Source: Callorhinchus milii
Lineage: Eukaryota
Direction: 5' to 3'
Length of the DNA stretch: 64,000 bases
Assembly: GCF_018977255.1 (NCBI RefSeq)
Contig: NW_024704742.1
Location: 104,534,001 to 104,598,000 of the forward strand
Shown: one piece after another, positions 61,726-64,000 of the stretch
Layout: each line of letters starts with the position of its first letter
Numbering within the stretch: position 1 is the first letter of the stretch
Program-made: the position numbers and the translations under genes
Notes under the pieces: generated by a model
The model's input: the letters and a program-made list of their open reading frames with translations, nothing else
What the model was told of the DNA's origin: nothing
Database searches by the model: none

Positions 61726-62116
61726 GTTGTCAATTTTGTGAAAGAATAGTTTGTTAGTGTTTCTTTAAAATAGTTTCTATAACAGCAAAAAAATAATAAA
61801 TGTTCTGATGAAAAATACGACTTAAGAGATACATTTGAGTACTAATTGTGGAGAAACTCTTCATTATGTATGAAAACCATAATTGTTGGAAAGCACTCTT
61901 ATTTTGCTAGCACTTGCCACAGTGTAGAAAGAGTAGGCACAGAACTCGATCTTGGATATTAGACCTGTGGTTTTCATACATAATGAAGAGTTTCTCCACA
62001 ATTAGTACTCAAATATATCTCTAAGTTGTATTTTTCATCAGAACTTTTTTTTACTGTTATAGAAACTGTACTTTAAAAGAAACGCTAACAGACTATTCTT
62101 TCACAAAATTGACAAC
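61726..62116. repeat. Long inverted repeat / foldback element (arms about 150 bp, spacer about 88 bp)
   Basis: 61726-61879 is the high-identity reverse complement of 61968-62116. Confidence 0.92.
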
Positions 62117-62612
62117 TGGATTTGTGTTTTTAAGCCAGTTTTGTACTTCCGAATTTAAATATTGGCACAGAAACAGCAAAGCAACGCTGAAAGGGTGAAA
62201 AAATAATGAGCGGTTATATTTATATGTTCTGCTACCAAAAGGGTAGAGAGTCAACCCAATTTCACCTTCTATACCATTCTTAAACTAGACACGAGACATA
62301 CGCGAGAATGGTCCATTGTGCCATTTATATTCATATAAAGTGTAGAATATCAAGCCAAATTTGTAGAAAGTCTCAATATGCACATATGAAACATAATCAG
62401 TTTAACAATCTACAATTATTTTGTCATTCTAGCTGTTGATGTATAACATCAGTGTTTCAATAACCTTTCTTTTATTCTTACACATCAATGTTTGACTGAG
62501 ACATTTTCAAATTAACCCCTCTTTCCTCTTATGCACATGTACCTACACACAAAAAATGTAATGCAAGATGTAGAAAAGGCCAATAATTGCACTTCTCAGT
62601 AACATATCATAC

Positions 62613-62721
62613 CATATCATTTATTTGGCCTTGATGTCCAGAAAACCTTCTCACAATTTTTCTTGTTTCGGTATCGAAGACTGTTATGGTGAAATCATCT
62701 GCAGCAACAGCTAGCATGCCA
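62613..62721 (-). CDS. WDR36: WDR36 coding exon
   Basis: CAG|...|GTATGA; GMLAVAADDFTITVFDTETRKIVRRFSGHQGQINDM; 109 bp. Confidence 0.95.
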
Positions 62722-63239
62722 CTGATGAAAATAATGCACATGTAATTGATACATTCCTAAACTGCAGATCAGAAATACTGTAAAATGGATGTAAACTGTA
62801 GCATCCTGTGCACACTTGGTGAGAATAGTGCAAAACACATTTTTAACTTTTTTTTATATATCTCTTACAGATATAGTTCTACCTTTGTTATAATCTTACT
62901 GCTCACTAGATTACAAATGTAATTTTTGACATATTGATGAACAAATCAATATGTTATCATAGATGCATACAGGGTCAACACACCATAATTGTTGTAAACT
63001 GATTAGATTGCTATAATCCTGAATTTAATTTTAAATAGGTGACAGTAGCATTAAACTCTGTAATGAACTAATGACTCAGTGTTTCTATTACAAAAATACG
63101 TAATGCTAAGGTAACTTTAGCATGTGTTTTGTTAATCGCATGTCACAAGATTTATATTATATTGACTTGAATCCAACATTTCTCCCATTGTCTCACTCCA
63201 ATATAAATTGGATATAAAATTAAAGTGCAAACTTTACTG

Positions 63240-63498
63240 CCGTTAACCATCCTATCTGCCCCACCATTGGCAGTCTTTCAGCCTCTCTGCCCCTGCTTTC
63301 TGGAACTCAATCCTGGACTCACTATGACTCACGCCTTCCCTTGCCTGCTTCACGCTCCGCCTCAAACCTTCCTCTTTGACTAAGTCTCCCCACCCACACA
63401 GCTCCCATCCCTAGCTCAGGTGCAAATCCTGGACTGTCCAAAGCCTTGAGATATCCTCCAGATACATAGGGCTCTATATAAATGTAAATTGGTTATTG
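63240..63498 (+). mobile_element. Old L2 3' fragment
   Basis: PTIG..FSLSAPAFWNS trace plus tail. Confidence 0.75.
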
Positions 63499-63731
63499 TT
63501 TACAATCTGAATTTATTCCAGTATAGTATCACAAAACCAAGATATTATTTTTGAAAATTGCCTAAATTCATTCTCAACCCACTTTAATGAGCAGACTTGT
63601 AAAATAATCGAAAGGTTAAATTTTCTTCCTGAAAAACAAAATTAATGGCAACTATTTTGGGGGTTCAGATGAAAAATAATTAAAATCACCTTTTCATTTA
63701 CCTTTAATTGTAAAGGACAAATATTTCTTAC

Positions 63732-63897
63732 CTGTCTCTGTGCAGCAATATGCTTGCTGGTGATGCATCTAGCTTAATGTTCTGTACCAATTCCTTGGAC
63801 TTGAATTTCCAAAACTTAATTTGTTTATCCCCACCAGCACTAACTGTAAGTTGATTCAGTCCATCAACAGCAACTCCTCGAATTTGGGCTTCGTGAG
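63732..63897 (-). CDS. WDR36: WDR36 internal coding exon (first visible; gene continues beyond right edge)
   Basis: AAG| acceptor, |GTAAG donor. Translates (A)HEAQIRGVAVDGLNQLTVSAGGDKQIKFWKFKSKELVQNIKLDASPASILLHRD(S), matching vertebrate WDR36 AHKGSVRGVAVDGLNQLTV...LLHRDS. 166 bp; phase fits next exon. Confidence 0.95.
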
Positions 63898-64000
63898 CTT
63901 AGTAAGTAAGTAAAGCACTTGTAAATGATCATATTTAACAAAGCCACAGTATTACATAACAAATTACCCGCTCATCACATTTAGAAAGAATATTGTTTAT

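Noticed and set aside
61804..61860. Second hammerhead (CTGATGA...GAAA), also at about 42096
   Set aside because: No stem II pairing between the core motifs.

Overview
Vertebrate (eukaryotic) genomic DNA. The repeat complement (L2 and CR1 LINEs, SacSINE1/Deu-type SINEs, a Penelope-type 3' module) points to a cartilaginous fish; this is an inference. Two genes lie on the minus strand, mostly missed by the ORF track. (1) The last ten coding exons of WDR36/UTP21 (63897 down to the stop at 45119) have GT-AG boundaries and consistent phases. (2) The first coding exon of CAMK4 (36218-36336, MMLKTPKPPGRALSCEYWIDDSHKSSAFEDHYDLEAELGR) is followed by an intron 1 that appears to run off the left edge. 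This is the same WDR36->CAMK4 order and orientation as human 5q22. The rest is intronic or intergenic and dominated by degenerate L2/CR1 fragments, a young tRNA-derived SINE with an L2-type tail, older SacSINE1-like SINEs, a hAT-like insertion and MITE/foldback elements. Four large tandem or low-complexity arrays surround CAMK4 exon 1. The long ORFs in the track are repeat artefacts or LINE RT debris. I found no convincing new protein-coding system. The most interesting signals are the repeat-wrapped CAMK4 5' end, a degenerate hammerhead motif, a long intronic foldback and visible SINE/LINE module exchange. All family assignments come from recalled consensus sequences and were not checked by search.
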